Positions 1 through 15,841 of a stretch of DNA of 64,000 nucleotides are shown here, one piece after another (the first letter of the stretch is position 1; each line of letters starts with the position of its first letter). This DNA comes from the human T2T-CHM13v2.0 reference genome, Homo sapiens. Position numbers and translations under genes: made by a program. The stretch lies in assembly GCF_009914755.1 (NCBI RefSeq), contig NC_060931.1; one strand, written 5' to 3'. Below the pieces are notes generated by a model. That model was given only the letters and a program-made list of their open reading frames with translations, made no database searches and was not told the DNA's origin.

Positions 1-1676
1 GACCTACTGTCCTTGTATATCTTGCCTTTGATAACAGAAACTGCAGGGGATTGGAATAGCCTCTTTACAAGAAAAGAATAAGAGTGAGGAAAAGCGTTTG
101 GAATTTATAGTGATCACAGTGACCAGGTTTTGTATTGGGTATGTTTTACATTTGTAACTTCAGTGCTATTTTTTTTTAAGCTCCATTGTTTTCTAAATGT
201 AAACAAGTATCAATGTAAGGACAGTTTCATCAGGTGAATATCAGAAGTACTGACACCATAATCTCATTTTGCACTGTGGCAAAGGGTAGTAGATGTGTGT
301 TCAGGATTATTTGCTCTGTCAGTAGTGCCCAGGGTGCCACTCCATGACTAACCGAAACATTTTATTATGTGACTCACTAAGATGTTCAATTCATTAGTAT
401 TTTCTGGTTACTCAAAGTGTACTCTATGTACCTTTTTTTGACCTTTGATTTTTATTCTGATGGAGAAGATCAGATTCCTTTTTTATCTTATAAAAAATAA
501 TTTTGAAACAAAGACTTATTTTGAAGTAAGTCTTTTAACATTATCTCAGATGCATTTTATTTTGTCCTTAAGTAAGACTTTTCATTTTTACCTTTCAAAA
601 TGCAATTTTCAAAATATATGCTTTTTTGAAACACTTATTATGTTACTGAATAACCAGAGTATTAAATTCAATGTACAGCAAATTTTTACAAAGTCCCAGT
701 AGTTCTTGCAGAGCTTTCTATAATATCAGATTTATTTACCATCATGAAATATGTTTATACAGTATTAAGTATATTGTACTATGAAGTTGGACCTGCACAC
801 TGAAAAATTCCAAAATACCTATTATGTTGTGCTTTTTGTGATATATATTCATATTATTATTTGTCATAACAAGGTGAACTTTTTTAAAATGGTAAACATG
901 TATTAGTTACATAATCAGGAAAAAAGTCATCTTTTATAATGAGAAAAATTAGGTCAAGGATATTTCAGGTTTTATCCAATTAGATTTCTTGTAAAGTTAT
1001 GTGTTTTCTTTTATCTCAGTGCTTATTTGCTTTGCAAGGATGAAGGTTAGAGATTCCTTTCAGTAGTTAATGAAAGCTACAGACTTGTCTTGCCGAAAAA
1101 TGTACATAAACACATAAACTATTTTCCAAGCAGTTTCACAGTGTTTGCAAAGTTCAGATTGAAAACCCAGTTTTACAAATCCCATCTACAAATTTGCATT
1201 GTCATTAAGATATATTAAAAATAATTTTTCAAAGCAACAGCACAGATGCACTTTAAAACTGTAGCTTAAAAATAAAAATTAGTAATATAACTTGTGTAAA
1301 CCTACACAAAAGATAAAAGATATCTTATTGCAAAAATAGGGCAACATTTTGTTTTAAAGACCAAATAGTGAATTGAATTTAATGCATATCTTTAAATCCT
1401 TAATAGTATCTCAAATCTGGTTTAAATCTGTCTCTCCTTAACGGAATAGAAAGTGAAACAAATCCAGAAATCTTGTTCGAGTACATGGTCTGTGCTAGTA
1501 ATCATATCTAAAGTGGTAATGTTACCATATGCTGGGTACTGGGCTGAGTAAATCACATATTTTAACTTATTTAAACACTGCACTGTATTGCCTGCTAGCG
1601 ATGTCATTTTTTTAAAGTTGGATGGTGAATACATGAGTTGTTTTTTAAACTCTTTTGGGAGCCTAAAAAATTTGAA

Positions 1677-1891
1677 TTTTTTTTTTTCCCCCCCCAGACG
1701 GAGTCTCGCTCTCTTGCCAGGCTGGAGTGCAGTGACATTATCTTGGCTCACTGCAGCCTCTGATTCCCTGGTTCAAGCAATTCTCCTGCCTCAGCCTCCC
1801 GAGTAGCTGGGATTACAGGCATCCACCACCACGTCCAGCTAATTTTTGTATTTTTAGTAGAGACGGGGTTTCACCATGTTGGCCAGGATGG
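1677..1891 (-). mobile_element. 5'-truncated AluS
   Basis: T-tract followed by agacggagtctcgctc...gctaatttttgtatttttagtagagacggggtttcaccatgttggccaggatgg. Confidence 0.9.
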
Positions 1892-2094
1892 GAAAATTTT
1901 TTAAAAGACATTTATTAAAAAAAAATGTCTATGCCTTATCAAAGTTTATAACTCAAGAATTAATGAGATAAACAGTGGACAAAAAGTGTTGGCAGATAAC
2001 ATGCATAATTTTAATTAAAAGTTAAGCAGTGAAAAATAAACATCTTTTTTTCTTAAAGAGATATTTCATATCTGTTCTATTTGTTTAGTTTTAT

Positions 2095-2380
2095 TTATTC
2101 TTTTTAGAGACAGGGTCTCTCTGTGGAGTGCAGTGGCATGATTATAGCCCTCTGCGGCCTCAATCTTCAGGGCTTAAGTTATCCTCCTGCCTCATCCTCC
2201 CAAGTAGCTAGGACTACAAGTGTGTGCCACCATACCTGGCTAATTTTTAAAAACTATTTTGTAGAGACAGGGTCTTACTATGTTGCCCAGAGTGGTCTTG
2301 AACTCCCATCCTCATGGAATCCTCCCACTTCAGTCTCTGAAAGTGCTAGGATTATAGGCATGAGCCATTTATGCCCAGCC
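2095..2380 (-). mobile_element. AluJ
   Basis: Diverged dimeric Alu: gagacagggtct...cctcccaagtagctaggactaca...gtgctaggattataggcatgagcc. Confidence 0.85.
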
Positions 2381-3479
2381 AGTTTTCTTTTTTCTAATTG
2401 AAGCTTGGCAAGCAGAGGGAAATGTATTAGGGAAATAGCTTTAGTTTTGAGTGGGTGTCAGTAGCCAGCTGAAGAAAAAGCAAAATGAAATAGGTAGTAG
2501 AAATGAGAAAGGGAGAGAGGGAAGAAGAAAAAAATGGATGTTGGAAAGTTGTTGCATGTCTCTCTGGATAGCTCAGAAGTATCAGTTGTGGTTATTGCCT
2601 CACTTGGCTTTTGTAAGCATGAAAAAGCCAGGGACAATTTCAACTACCATTTCTGACCATCATCAACCACAAATTTTAGGCAATTTGTTAGAATTTTTTT
2701 TAAATGTTCTTAATAGTTGTTGGGTACCTGGGAGATTTCAGAGAAAGTAATCACCTTTGTATATATTATTAATGTGTTTATAATAGAAATTAAATTCTTT
2801 GGGATGTACAGGTAAGATAAGCTATGTGAAGCATAGCTGTTATCCAAGTCGTGTGCCTTTGAAATACTTGGAATTTGAAGAACAGGACATGCAGCTTATG
2901 TTATAATTAATTTGCGAGCAATATATGGCATGATAGTATTTTCTTATCTAAATTCTGAGTGCATTGAAAGTTTAAAGCAAAGGACAAAAGCTTCCTTTGT
3001 TCATGGCCCATATTCCAGTATATTTTTCTGAAACTGCCAATATTTTCTGATCGGTACTTTCATTTTTCTAGTTGGTTACCAAATACTGTTATTGGTATTA
3101 TTTCTATATAAAAGGCTTTAAGAAGACTATAGTATAATTTTCTTAAGAAAAAAGACATGATTATAAGCTAAAATATGCCTTCGGTTTTGTGTGCTACAAA
3201 TTGAGGGAGATTGAGAATATTTTAAATCAAGGGCAGACATTGAGTAAAAGCTTATGACTTTGGATGGATTTGAAACATGATTAAATGACAGAGTAAATAA
3301 AAGCCCCTAGTCAAGTGAATTCTAATGGGGGAAATAAGAGGACTATATAAAAATTGAACCTCTGTTTTGAAAACAAATCTTTCCAGGAAGTGGTACCACT
3401 CTGGGGTCAAGAGAAATTGTAAGAACAATAAAATGAGCACACATGACCTTCCTTTCCTATAAAAATATGAAGCAGAAAA

Positions 3480-4138
3480 CTCCCCCATGATTTCCTCATG
3501 TTGCTTAGAATAGTGTGTATTTCAGAACTTTTCCATTTAATATTTTTGGACCACAGTTGACTGAAACTGAGGATGGGAGGAAGGGATGCTTAAAACCTTG
3601 GATAGTACCAAACCCTATATATATTATGTTTTTTTCTATATATACACAGCTATGATAAAGTTCATAAATTAGGCACAGTAAGAGATTAAAAATATTAAAT
3701 TGGGCCAATTAATATATTGTAATAAAAGCTATGTTAATGTGGTCTCCCTCTCGAAATATCTTTACTGATTATATGAGATGATAAAATGCCTACATGATAA
3801 GATCATGTGAGGTGAATGACGTAGGCATTGTAACGTACCTGGTGTTAGGCTACTGCTGACCTTCTGTCAATACCTCAGGAGAATATTTTGCTTTGATGAT
3901 CCTGGATCATTGAGCCATGTTGTTAGGAGCAGGTGATATCTATCCATGGTGAATGGGAGGGTAGCATATACAACGTGGATACGCCAGATAAAGAGTTGAG
4001 TCACCTCCTGGCAGGATGGAATGAGATTTCCTCATGTTATTTAGAATAGTGTGTATTTCTGAACTTTTCCATTTAATATTTTTGGACCACAGTTGATTGT
4101 AAATAACAAACTGAGGATGGGGGAACGGAGGACTGCAG
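3480..4138 (+). mobile_element. MER44/Tigger7-type DNA transposon relic
   Basis: ggatagtaccaaaccctatatat...tatgataaag...aattaggcacagtaagagattaa, with 3' end ttttccatttaatatttttggaccacagttga...ggaggactgcagta. Confidence 0.75.
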
Positions 4139-4477
4139 TAAATCCAAGTTTATAATACCTCATCAAAAACTCAACATAAAAGTTTCTATTTAAAACTGCG
4201 AAAAAAATTAGTGGTGATGGTAGGAGCGGGTAGTAGGCATGAAAAGAGAAAAAAACACCTTAATGCAGTTACAGGCAAAAGCCTTTACTTATCCTATTAA
4301 TTGGCCAATTCTTTTGTAAATCCTCTTCACTCTCTTCTTCCTTCCCCCTCTTCACTAAGTAGCTTTATTCAAGAATCTTAGAAGCAAATGTGCTATCAAA
4401 TTTGATGGTGCACTACAAATTTCTAACAGTTTGTAAAGTGACATCTCACTGTTTAATTTACTCAGAACTTTCCTTCC

Positions 4478-4925
4478 TTTATTACTTTGCTAGGGCTGCT
4501 GTAACAAAGTACAACACACTAGGTGGCTTAAACAACAGAAATTTATTATCTCACATTTTCTTGAGCCTGGAAATCCAAGATCAAGGTGTTGGCAGGGCTG
4601 ATTGCATCTGAGGGCCATGAGAGAGAATCCGGTTCATGCCTCTAGCCTAGCTTCTGGTGATTTGGGACCAGTTTTTGGCATATCTTGTCTTGTAGAAGCA
4701 TCATCCCAATCTCTGCCTTCATCTGTACATGGTGTTCTCTTTGTGTGTGTGGTTGTCACCAAATTTACCCTTTTTATAAGGACACCAGTCAGATTAGGGC
4801 CCACCCTAATGACATTTTAACTTGATTACCTCTATAAAGACATTATCTCCAAATAAGGTTGGATTCTGAGGTAATGTTGATTAGGACTTCAACATACAGT
4901 TTTTGAGGGATACATAAAACTTAAC
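4478..4925 (-). mobile_element. MLT1 (MaLR) LTR
   Basis: gggctgctgtaacaaagtac...ggtggcttaaacaacagaaatttatt...gattagggcccaccctaatgac...ggacttcaacata. Confidence 0.8.
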
Positions 4926-4936
4926 ACTTCCCTATT

Positions 4937-5625
<689 letters not shown>

Positions 5626-6234
5626 TATTTTTCCCCTTTTCACTTCTCAACTAATAGTGATAATATACTTTGCAATTACATTTTCCAATTTTGCAATTAA
5701 TAGATGTTATTTTTTTATTTCGCAGGTTTTTTCTAAAAAAGTATATGGTGAGTAATTTTTATTAATCTGTATTTATTGAATTTCAGTCATGGACTTGGAA
5801 ATACTCTGGTGAGATATGACTAACAAAAAGGGAACAGTATCTGCAAGTTAGTTTACATTTTGGAGTTTATGAATTGTAAAAAGCTTAGAGAAGACACAAA
5901 TATTCAGAGAAGGGTGAATGTATATAAGATTTGGGTTAAAAGAATAGTGTAAGGCCATTCCAAGTTCAGGAATACCGGACATGAGCATTTAGAGTAAGTC
6001 TTAGAGACAGAAATCTAAATTAAGGAGATTGGCCTGAGTTTATAGAGTTCTGAGCAATGACAGCAACCTTTTAAGAAGGTCCACCACTTAATACTTCTTG
6101 ACGTGGGGCACATTAATTACTCTGTATCTCAGTTTCTCTGCTGGTAATGTGGAGTTACTGGAATTAAATAATTGTGAAAAAGAGCCCACTGCTTAGTATG
6201 TAATAAGGTTTTCTGTTTTAAATTTAAAATAATA

Positions 6235-6538
6235 GGCTGGGCGCCATGGCTCACACCTGTAACCACAGCACTTTGGGAGGCCAAGGTGGGCAGATCACTC
6301 GAAGTCAGGAGTTTGAGACCAGCCTGGCCAACATGGTAAAATCTTATCTCTACTAAAAATACAAAAATTAACCAGGCATGGTGGCACACACCTGTAATCC
6401 CAGCTACTCAGTAGACTGAGGCAGGAGAATCGCTTGAACCCAGAGGCGGAGGTTGCTGTGAGCCAAGATTGCGCCACTGAACTCCTGCCTGGGTGACAGA
6501 GCAAGACTCTGTCTCAACAAAACAAAACAAAACAAAAA
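6235..6538 (+). mobile_element. AluS
   Basis: Full dimer with an (AAAAC)n tail. Confidence 0.9.
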
Positions 6539-7503
6539 TGTTAAATAATAATAAATTATTGGGTTTTCTAGTATTTTAAATTCACCATTACTTATGGAAA
6601 TTTTTGCACCTATCTTGATCTAAGGAGGTGAGGCCTTGAATAAAATTACGATAATTATTTGTAGTGAATAAAGGGCAAGTGGGTATTTCAAAGGAAGAAT
6701 CAAAAGAATGTTTCCTCAGTAACTGACCCTAATGAGTTGGAGATACGTGAGCTCTCTAACCAAGAATTAAAAGTAGTAGTTTTGAAGAAACTCAGGGATC
6801 TCCGAGATAACACAGAAAAACAATTCAGAAACTTATCAAATGTAACAAAGATTTAAATGTTAAACAAATCTTGGAACTGAGAAATACATTGGCTAAACTG
6901 AAAAATTCAGCAGAGTGGATCAAGCAGAAGAATCAGTGAACTCTGGCTATTTGAAAATACACAGAGGAGAAAAAAGAAAACAGTGAAAAGCCATGAAGAT
7001 CACCTTTTGGGAGTAAAATATGAGGGGAAAAAATCACCTAGAAGATATAGAAAATTACCTCCAAAGACCAAATCTAAGAATTATTGGTGTTCAAGAGTGA
7101 GTTGAGCAAGAGCAGGGATAGAAAACTTATTCAAAGAAATAATAACAAAACTAGAGAAAGAGATAAATACCCAGGTACCGGAAGGTTAGGGAACACCAAA
7201 CAGATTCAATACAAAGATTACCACAAGGCATTAATAATCAAACTCTCCAAGGTCAAGGACAAAGAGAATCCTAAAAGCAGCAAAATAAAACAAGCAAATA
7301 ACATAAAGGAGTTCCAGTTCATCTGGCAACAGACTTCTCAACAAACCATATAGGCCAGGAGGGAGTGCAATGACATTTTCAAAGTGCTGAAAGAAAAAAA
7401 GCCTGCCATCCAAGTATACTGGAACCAGAAGTAATCCTTCAAATATGAAGGAGATATATGTCCCTTCCCACACTACCACCAAATCCATCTTACAAGAAAT
7501 GCT

Positions 7504-7921
<418 letters not shown>

Positions 7922-8797
7922 CTAGTATTGTAATTATGGTGTGCAATTTATTTATAACTCTAGTATAAAGCGCAAAAGTCAACTCTATCAAAAACAATAA
8001 TAGCTACAGCAACCTGTTAAGAGGTAGGTAATATAAAAATAGGTAAATTGAGATAACTAAAAGTCAAAATATGTGGGACATGGAGTTAAAGTGTACAAGT
8101 TTTTTTTCACTTTTTTTGCAATCTAAGTTGTCATCTCCTTAAAATAACATTTTTTGTAAGCCTCATGGTAATCTCACACAACAATCTATGATAGATTTAT
8201 TAAAAATGAAAAACAACTAATTAAAACATACAATGAGAGAAAATCATTTAACCATAAAGGAAGACAGGAAGAAAGAAAGAGAGGACTTACAAAACAACCA
8301 GAAAACAAGCAAAAAAAAATGGCAGTACTTATCAAATAATAACTCTGAATGTAAATAGATTCAATTTTCCAATGAAAAGGCATAGAGGGGCTGAATGGAT
8401 ATGAAACAAAGTATATGCTGCCACTTCACCTATGAGGATACACATGGTGAAAGTGATGGGGTGGAAAAAGATATTCCATGTAGCTGGAAACCAAAAAAGA
8501 ACAGGAGTAGCTATTCTTAAATCAGATAAAATTGACTACAAATAAAAGACTGAAAAGAGACAAAGAAGGTCACTATATAATGATAAAGAGATCAATTCAG
8601 CAAGAGGATATAACATTACAAATATCTGCACCCAACACCGGAGGTCCCAAATATATAAAGCAAACATTAATAGATCTAAAGGGAGAAATGGACAACAATA
8701 CAATAATAGTAGGGGACTGTAACTCCCCACTCTCAGTAATGAACAGATCATCCAGACAGAAAATCATCGAAGCAACACTGGAGTGAAACTGCAAATT

Positions 8798-10524
<1,727 letters not shown>

Positions 10525-10572
<48 letters not shown>
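10525..10572. repeat. Perfect (AC)24 microsatellite
   Basis: Read directly from the sequence. Confidence 0.97.
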
Positions 10573-10574
<2 letters not shown>

Positions 10575-10902
10575 CTGAACCATGAAGAAATAGCCTCAAT
10601 AAACCAATAATGAGTAAAAAAAAAAGTCTCCCATCAATAAATAAAAAATAAGCCCAGGACCTGATGGCTTCACTGCTGAATTCTACTCAACATTTCAAGA
10701 ACTAACACCAATTCTACTAAAACTCTTCAAAAAGATTGAAGACGAGAGAAAACATCCAAACCCATTTTATGAAGCCAGAATTACCATGATACCAAAACCA
10801 GACAAGGACAGAATGAAACAAGAAAACTATAGGCCGATATCACTAATGAACATACATGTAAAAATTCTCAACAAATTTTGAGATACTAGCAAGCCAAATT
10901 CA

Positions 10903-11277
<375 letters not shown>

Positions 11278-13702
11278 TCAATAAATGTGATATATCACAT
11301 TAACAGAACCAAGAACAAAAACAATATGATTATTTAAATAGATGCTAAACAAGCACTTGATAAAATCCACATCGCTTTTTGATAAAAAAAAAACCCTCAT
11401 CAAATTGGGTATAGAAGGAACATACCTCAAAATAATAAAGGCCATCTATGACAAACCCATAGCTAACATTATACTGAACAGGGAAATACTGAAGGCCTTT
11501 TCTCTAAGATCTAGAACATGACAAGGATTCCCACTTTCACCACTTTTATTCAATATAGTACTGGAAGTCCTAGCCAGAGCAATTACGTAAAAGAAAGAAA
11601 GAGCATCTAAATTGGAAAGGAAGAAGTCGAATTAGCCTTGTTTACAGATGACATGATGTTTTACTTAGAAAAATCCACCAAAAAACTATTAGAACTGATA
11701 AACAAATTTAGTAAAGATGCAAGATACAAAATTAACATACAAAAATCAGTAGCATGTATATATGCCAAAAGCAAACAATTGAAAAATAAATCAAGAATGA
11801 AATTTTATTTATAATAGCTCCAAAGAATATAAAACACCTAGCAATTAATTTAACCAAAGATGTGAAAGATCCACACAAGGAAGACTATAAAACACTGATG
11901 AAAGAAATTGAAGAGGACACACAAAAAATGGAAAGATATTCCATGTTCATGGATTGAAAAATTAATATTGTGAGCATGACACTAACCTTGGCTATTGACA
12001 GATTCAGTGCAATCCCTTTCAAAATACTAATGACATTTTTCACAGAAATTTTAAAAAATTCTAAAATATATATGAAACCACGAAAGACCCTAAATAGCCA
12101 AAGCAATCCTGAGCAAAAAGACCGCAGCTGGAGATATCACACTACCTGACTTCAAAATTTACTATAAAGGCATAGTAATCAACACAGCATGGTACTGGCT
12201 TAAAAAACAGACACAGAGGCCAATGGAACAGAATAAAGAATGCAGATATAAACCCATGCATTTACAGCCAGTTCATCTTTGACAAAGGCACCAAGAACAT
12301 ACAATGGGGAAAGGACAGTCTCTTCAATAAATGATGCCAGAAAATTGGATATCCATATGTTGAAGAATGAAACTAGACCTCTATCTCTCACAATACACAA
12401 AAATCAAATATAAATGGATTAAAGACTTAAACCTAAAACCTGAAACTATGAAACTACTAGAAGAAAACATTGGAGAAACCCTCCAGGACATTGTCTGGGC
12501 AAGGATTTTTTGTGTAAGACCTTAAAAGCACAAGCAATGAAAGCAAAAATAAATAGGATTATATCAAGCTAAAAAGCTCTGCACAGGAAAAGAAACAATC
12601 AACAAAGTGAAGAGACAACACACAGAATGGGAAAAAATATTTGTGATCTACCTATCTGACAAGGGATTAATAACGAGAACATATAAGGAGCTCAAACAAT
12701 AGCAAACACACATACACACACACAAATAACCTGATTAAAATATGGGCAAAAGATCTGAATAGACATTTCTCAAAAGAAGACATGCAAATGGCCAACAGGT
12801 ATATGAAAAAATGCTCAACATCACTACTCATTAGAGAAATGCAAATCAAAACTACAATATCCCTCCCCAGTTAAAATGACTTTTATCTAAAAGGCAATAA
12901 TAGATGCTGGCAAGGATGAGGCAAAAGGGAAACTCTTGTACACTGTTGATGGGGATGCAAATTAGTACAGCCATTGTGGAGAATAGTATAGAGGTTTCCA
13001 AAAAACCTAAAAATAGTACTACCATATAATCCAGCAGTTTCACTACTGGGTGTATATCCAAAAGAAAGGAAATCAATATATTGGAAAAACAATACACTTA
13101 TGTGTATTGTAGCACTATTCACAATGGTCAGAATATGAAATCAACCTAAATGCCCATCAGTGGATGAATGGATAAAGAAAATGTGCTATATTTACACGAT
13201 GGAACATTATTCAACTATTACAAAAGAATGAAATCCTGTCTTTTGCAGCAACATGGATGGAACTAGAAGTCATTATGTTACGTGAAATAAGCCAAGCACA
13301 GAAAGACAAATAACACATGTTTTCACTCATGTGGGACATAAAAAAGTGAATCTCATGAAAATAGAGAGTAGGCTGGTGGTCATCAGAGACCGGGAAGGGT
13401 AGGGTGGAAGAGGGGTTTGAAAAGAAGTTGATTGATGGGTACAAATATATGGTTTGATAGAAGAACTGAGAACTAATGTTATATTAGTATGGTGACTATA
13501 GTTTACAGTAATGTGTTGTATATCTCAAAATAGCTAGAAGAGAATTCAAATGGTTTTAGCATAAAGCAAAGACAAATATTTAAGGTGATGAATATCCCAA
13601 GTACACTGATTTGATCTTTACAAATTATATGAATGTATTATATGATCATATCTACTTCTAAACACTATGAACATCTATCACACATTAGTAAAAAAGGGGA
13701 AA

Positions 13703-13845
13703 AACCCCTGCTGACATCCTGATTTTAGCACAGTGAGACCTGTGTCAGATTTTTGACCTCCAGAATTGTAAGATAATAAATTTATTGTGTTTTAAGCCTT
13801 TGAATTTGTGGTAATTTGTCACAGCAGCAATAGAAATCTAACACA
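13703..13845 (+). mobile_element. MLT1 LTR 3' fragment
   Basis: cctccagaattgtaagataataaattt...gtggtaatttgtcacagcagcaatagaaatctaacaca. Confidence 0.75.
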
Positions 13846-14609
13846 GTGACCAAATGGGAATCTCTGTAGAATTTTGGTGGTGAATGGTACACTGCAGTGA
13901 ATTTAAGATTTGACTTTCTCCTTGAAGAATCTCTAATGAGAAAAAGAGGAAAGACAGGATTGTTAATTGCAGATCTAAATTCTTATCTAAAGTATTTTTG
14001 AGAATTATATTCCAATTATCTAACTATTGAACTCCAACAGGGTATTTAAGTATTCTGTTCCATCTTTGCTATGCCAGAGGCAGGCATTTTAGACCCCAGC
14101 TTGAACAGTAAGTCTAGGAATAGGGTTGTCTTTCCTTCCTTTTTGTGCTGTGATTTTTTAAAATTATTGTAATCAATTGCAAGTACCTCCCAGCTAAAGT
14201 CCTCTAATCAGGCAGTATTCATCAGTGATTGGGAAATAAGTTATAAGATGATTTTGTACATAGTTATTTGATTCAATTCAGCTTTATAGATGAGAGAACT
14301 GAAGTTCAGAGGAAATAAGTGATTATCGTTTGTCACATTGCTATTATCCATCTGCTATTGCCAGAGCTGGCCTGGAGCCCAGAAATCTTTTCACCACCCA
14401 ATGCTATCTTTCTTCCTCATTATTACATTTCCCAGTCTGGCTTTGGGATCGGATTGCTTCTGGCCTTAGATAACCTTATCCATCCTCTAAAGCAGTATCA
14501 CACATAAGAAGGAGGTAGCAGTGGACTGATAGTAGCCTCTCTACCCTCCCTTTTTAAAAAGTCTCTGACAAATAGTCTCATTGTTACTAGAGCAACGCAA
14601 AATGGAAAA

Positions 14610-14770
14610 TGCTAATAGCAAACATATAGTCCTTATTATGCGTCAGATACTGTTGTAACTGTCTCTGTAGTAATTCATTTAATCCTCATCACAATTTTCT
14701 GATGTAGATATACTGTTACAGATGAGACCTTGAGGCACAAAGGGGTTACCTTACTTGCCAAGGTTATACT
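14610..14770 (-). mobile_element. MIR
   Basis: tcatttaatcctcatcacaa...ttacagatgagaccttgaggcac...acttgccaaagg. Confidence 0.7.
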
Positions 14771-15652
14771 TACTTGGGATGGGTGCCATCCTTTTGTATA
14801 AACTATGATACTTTTTCTTCTTTTTATTTTGAAAAATTTCTAAGATACAGAGAATTTGAAAGAATAGTACAAGAGACACCCACAAACATATTCTTCATGA
14901 ATCCAACAATTATACACTTTGCCACACTTTATATCCATTTGTGTGTGTGTATGTGTGTGTGTATGTGTGATCATTTCGAAGTAGTAGGCATCACAACACT
15001 TCAGCATCCTTTATTTTTTAAAAAATCAGATCATTGCTATTTAGGACTTTGGAATCTTTTAGTTTAATTCAGATATTCATTCACTAATGCAGGACTTCAC
15101 ATTGGAGAGAAGCCAACAGAGAAAGGGACAGGACAGTAGAAATTGTGTGGGAGAGTAAAATTAGTTCAAATATCTAATAGCTAGCTATACTGTACTTTAG
15201 CTATATTAGGTCCCTCAGTTTTCAAGACAACAGTATGATGTGGGTGATCTTATCCCCATTTTTCCAGATAACCTCCAGATGTAGAGATAACTTTCCCAGG
15301 GCCACCCAATCAATACACAGCAAAGCCCCATACAAATCTGGGCTGTTTGGTTCTAGACTTTGAGCTCTTTTTCTACTTTTTGCCTAGATAAACACTTTGA
15401 GGGGAAAAAAAATCCAGATTTAAGAATTTTTGCTAACCTTCCTACGGGCAAGTCACCTTCAAGTCACCTGGGTACTTAGGTATCCAACTCAAAACTACTT
15501 TTAGTTTTGTTTCGTTTTGCCTTTTTTTTTTCTTTAACCGATAACCCAATTCTAGACGGAACATAAGGTGCAAGAGAAATCCGGGGAGGTGGAGGCAGAG
15601 AAAGGGAAGGGCAGGAGGTGGTCGCAGGATGTTGCCTGCGGCTGGCGGCCCA

Positions 15653-15676
15653 GTGGATTCTGGGAATTGTAGTCCC
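15653..15676 (-). promoter_or_regulatory. ZNF143 (Staf) / THAP11-associated ACTACAnnTCCCA motif
   Basis: Minus strand reads GGGACTACAATTCCCAGAATCCAC, a near-consensus match. Confidence 0.85.
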
Positions 15677-15749
15677 AGCCATCCAGGGCATTGCCGTTCA
15701 GGGCCACGGGAAAACCTGACTGCGCTCCCAGAAGCCTCCGGTGTACCTC

Positions 15750-15841
15750 GCTGGGAACGCACTTCCTGGGACGCTGAGAGGGAGACGCTCCAAGAGGCTC
15801 CTCAGTGTGGGCGAGTAAAATGCCCTGCGTGTGAGAAGCAG
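15750..15841 (+). other. CLDN12: CLDN12 non-coding exon 1 (start approximate)
   Basis: Donor CAG|GTAGGT at 15841/15842 within the promoter region. Confidence 0.75.

Larger units (their letters stand above)
1..3745 (+). other. GTPBP10: Probable distal 3'UTR of the upstream gene GTPBP10
   Basis: AT-rich non-coding sequence with AATAAA at 3296 and 3721. The gene assignment rests on recalled gene order (GTPBP10 ends ~12 kb upstream of CLDN12, same strand). No GTPBP10 coding sequence is visible. Confidence 0.5.

Noticed and set aside
1422-1751. 109-aa minus-strand ORF
   Set aside because: Starts within an Alu, uses a non-ATG start and shows no recognisable domain
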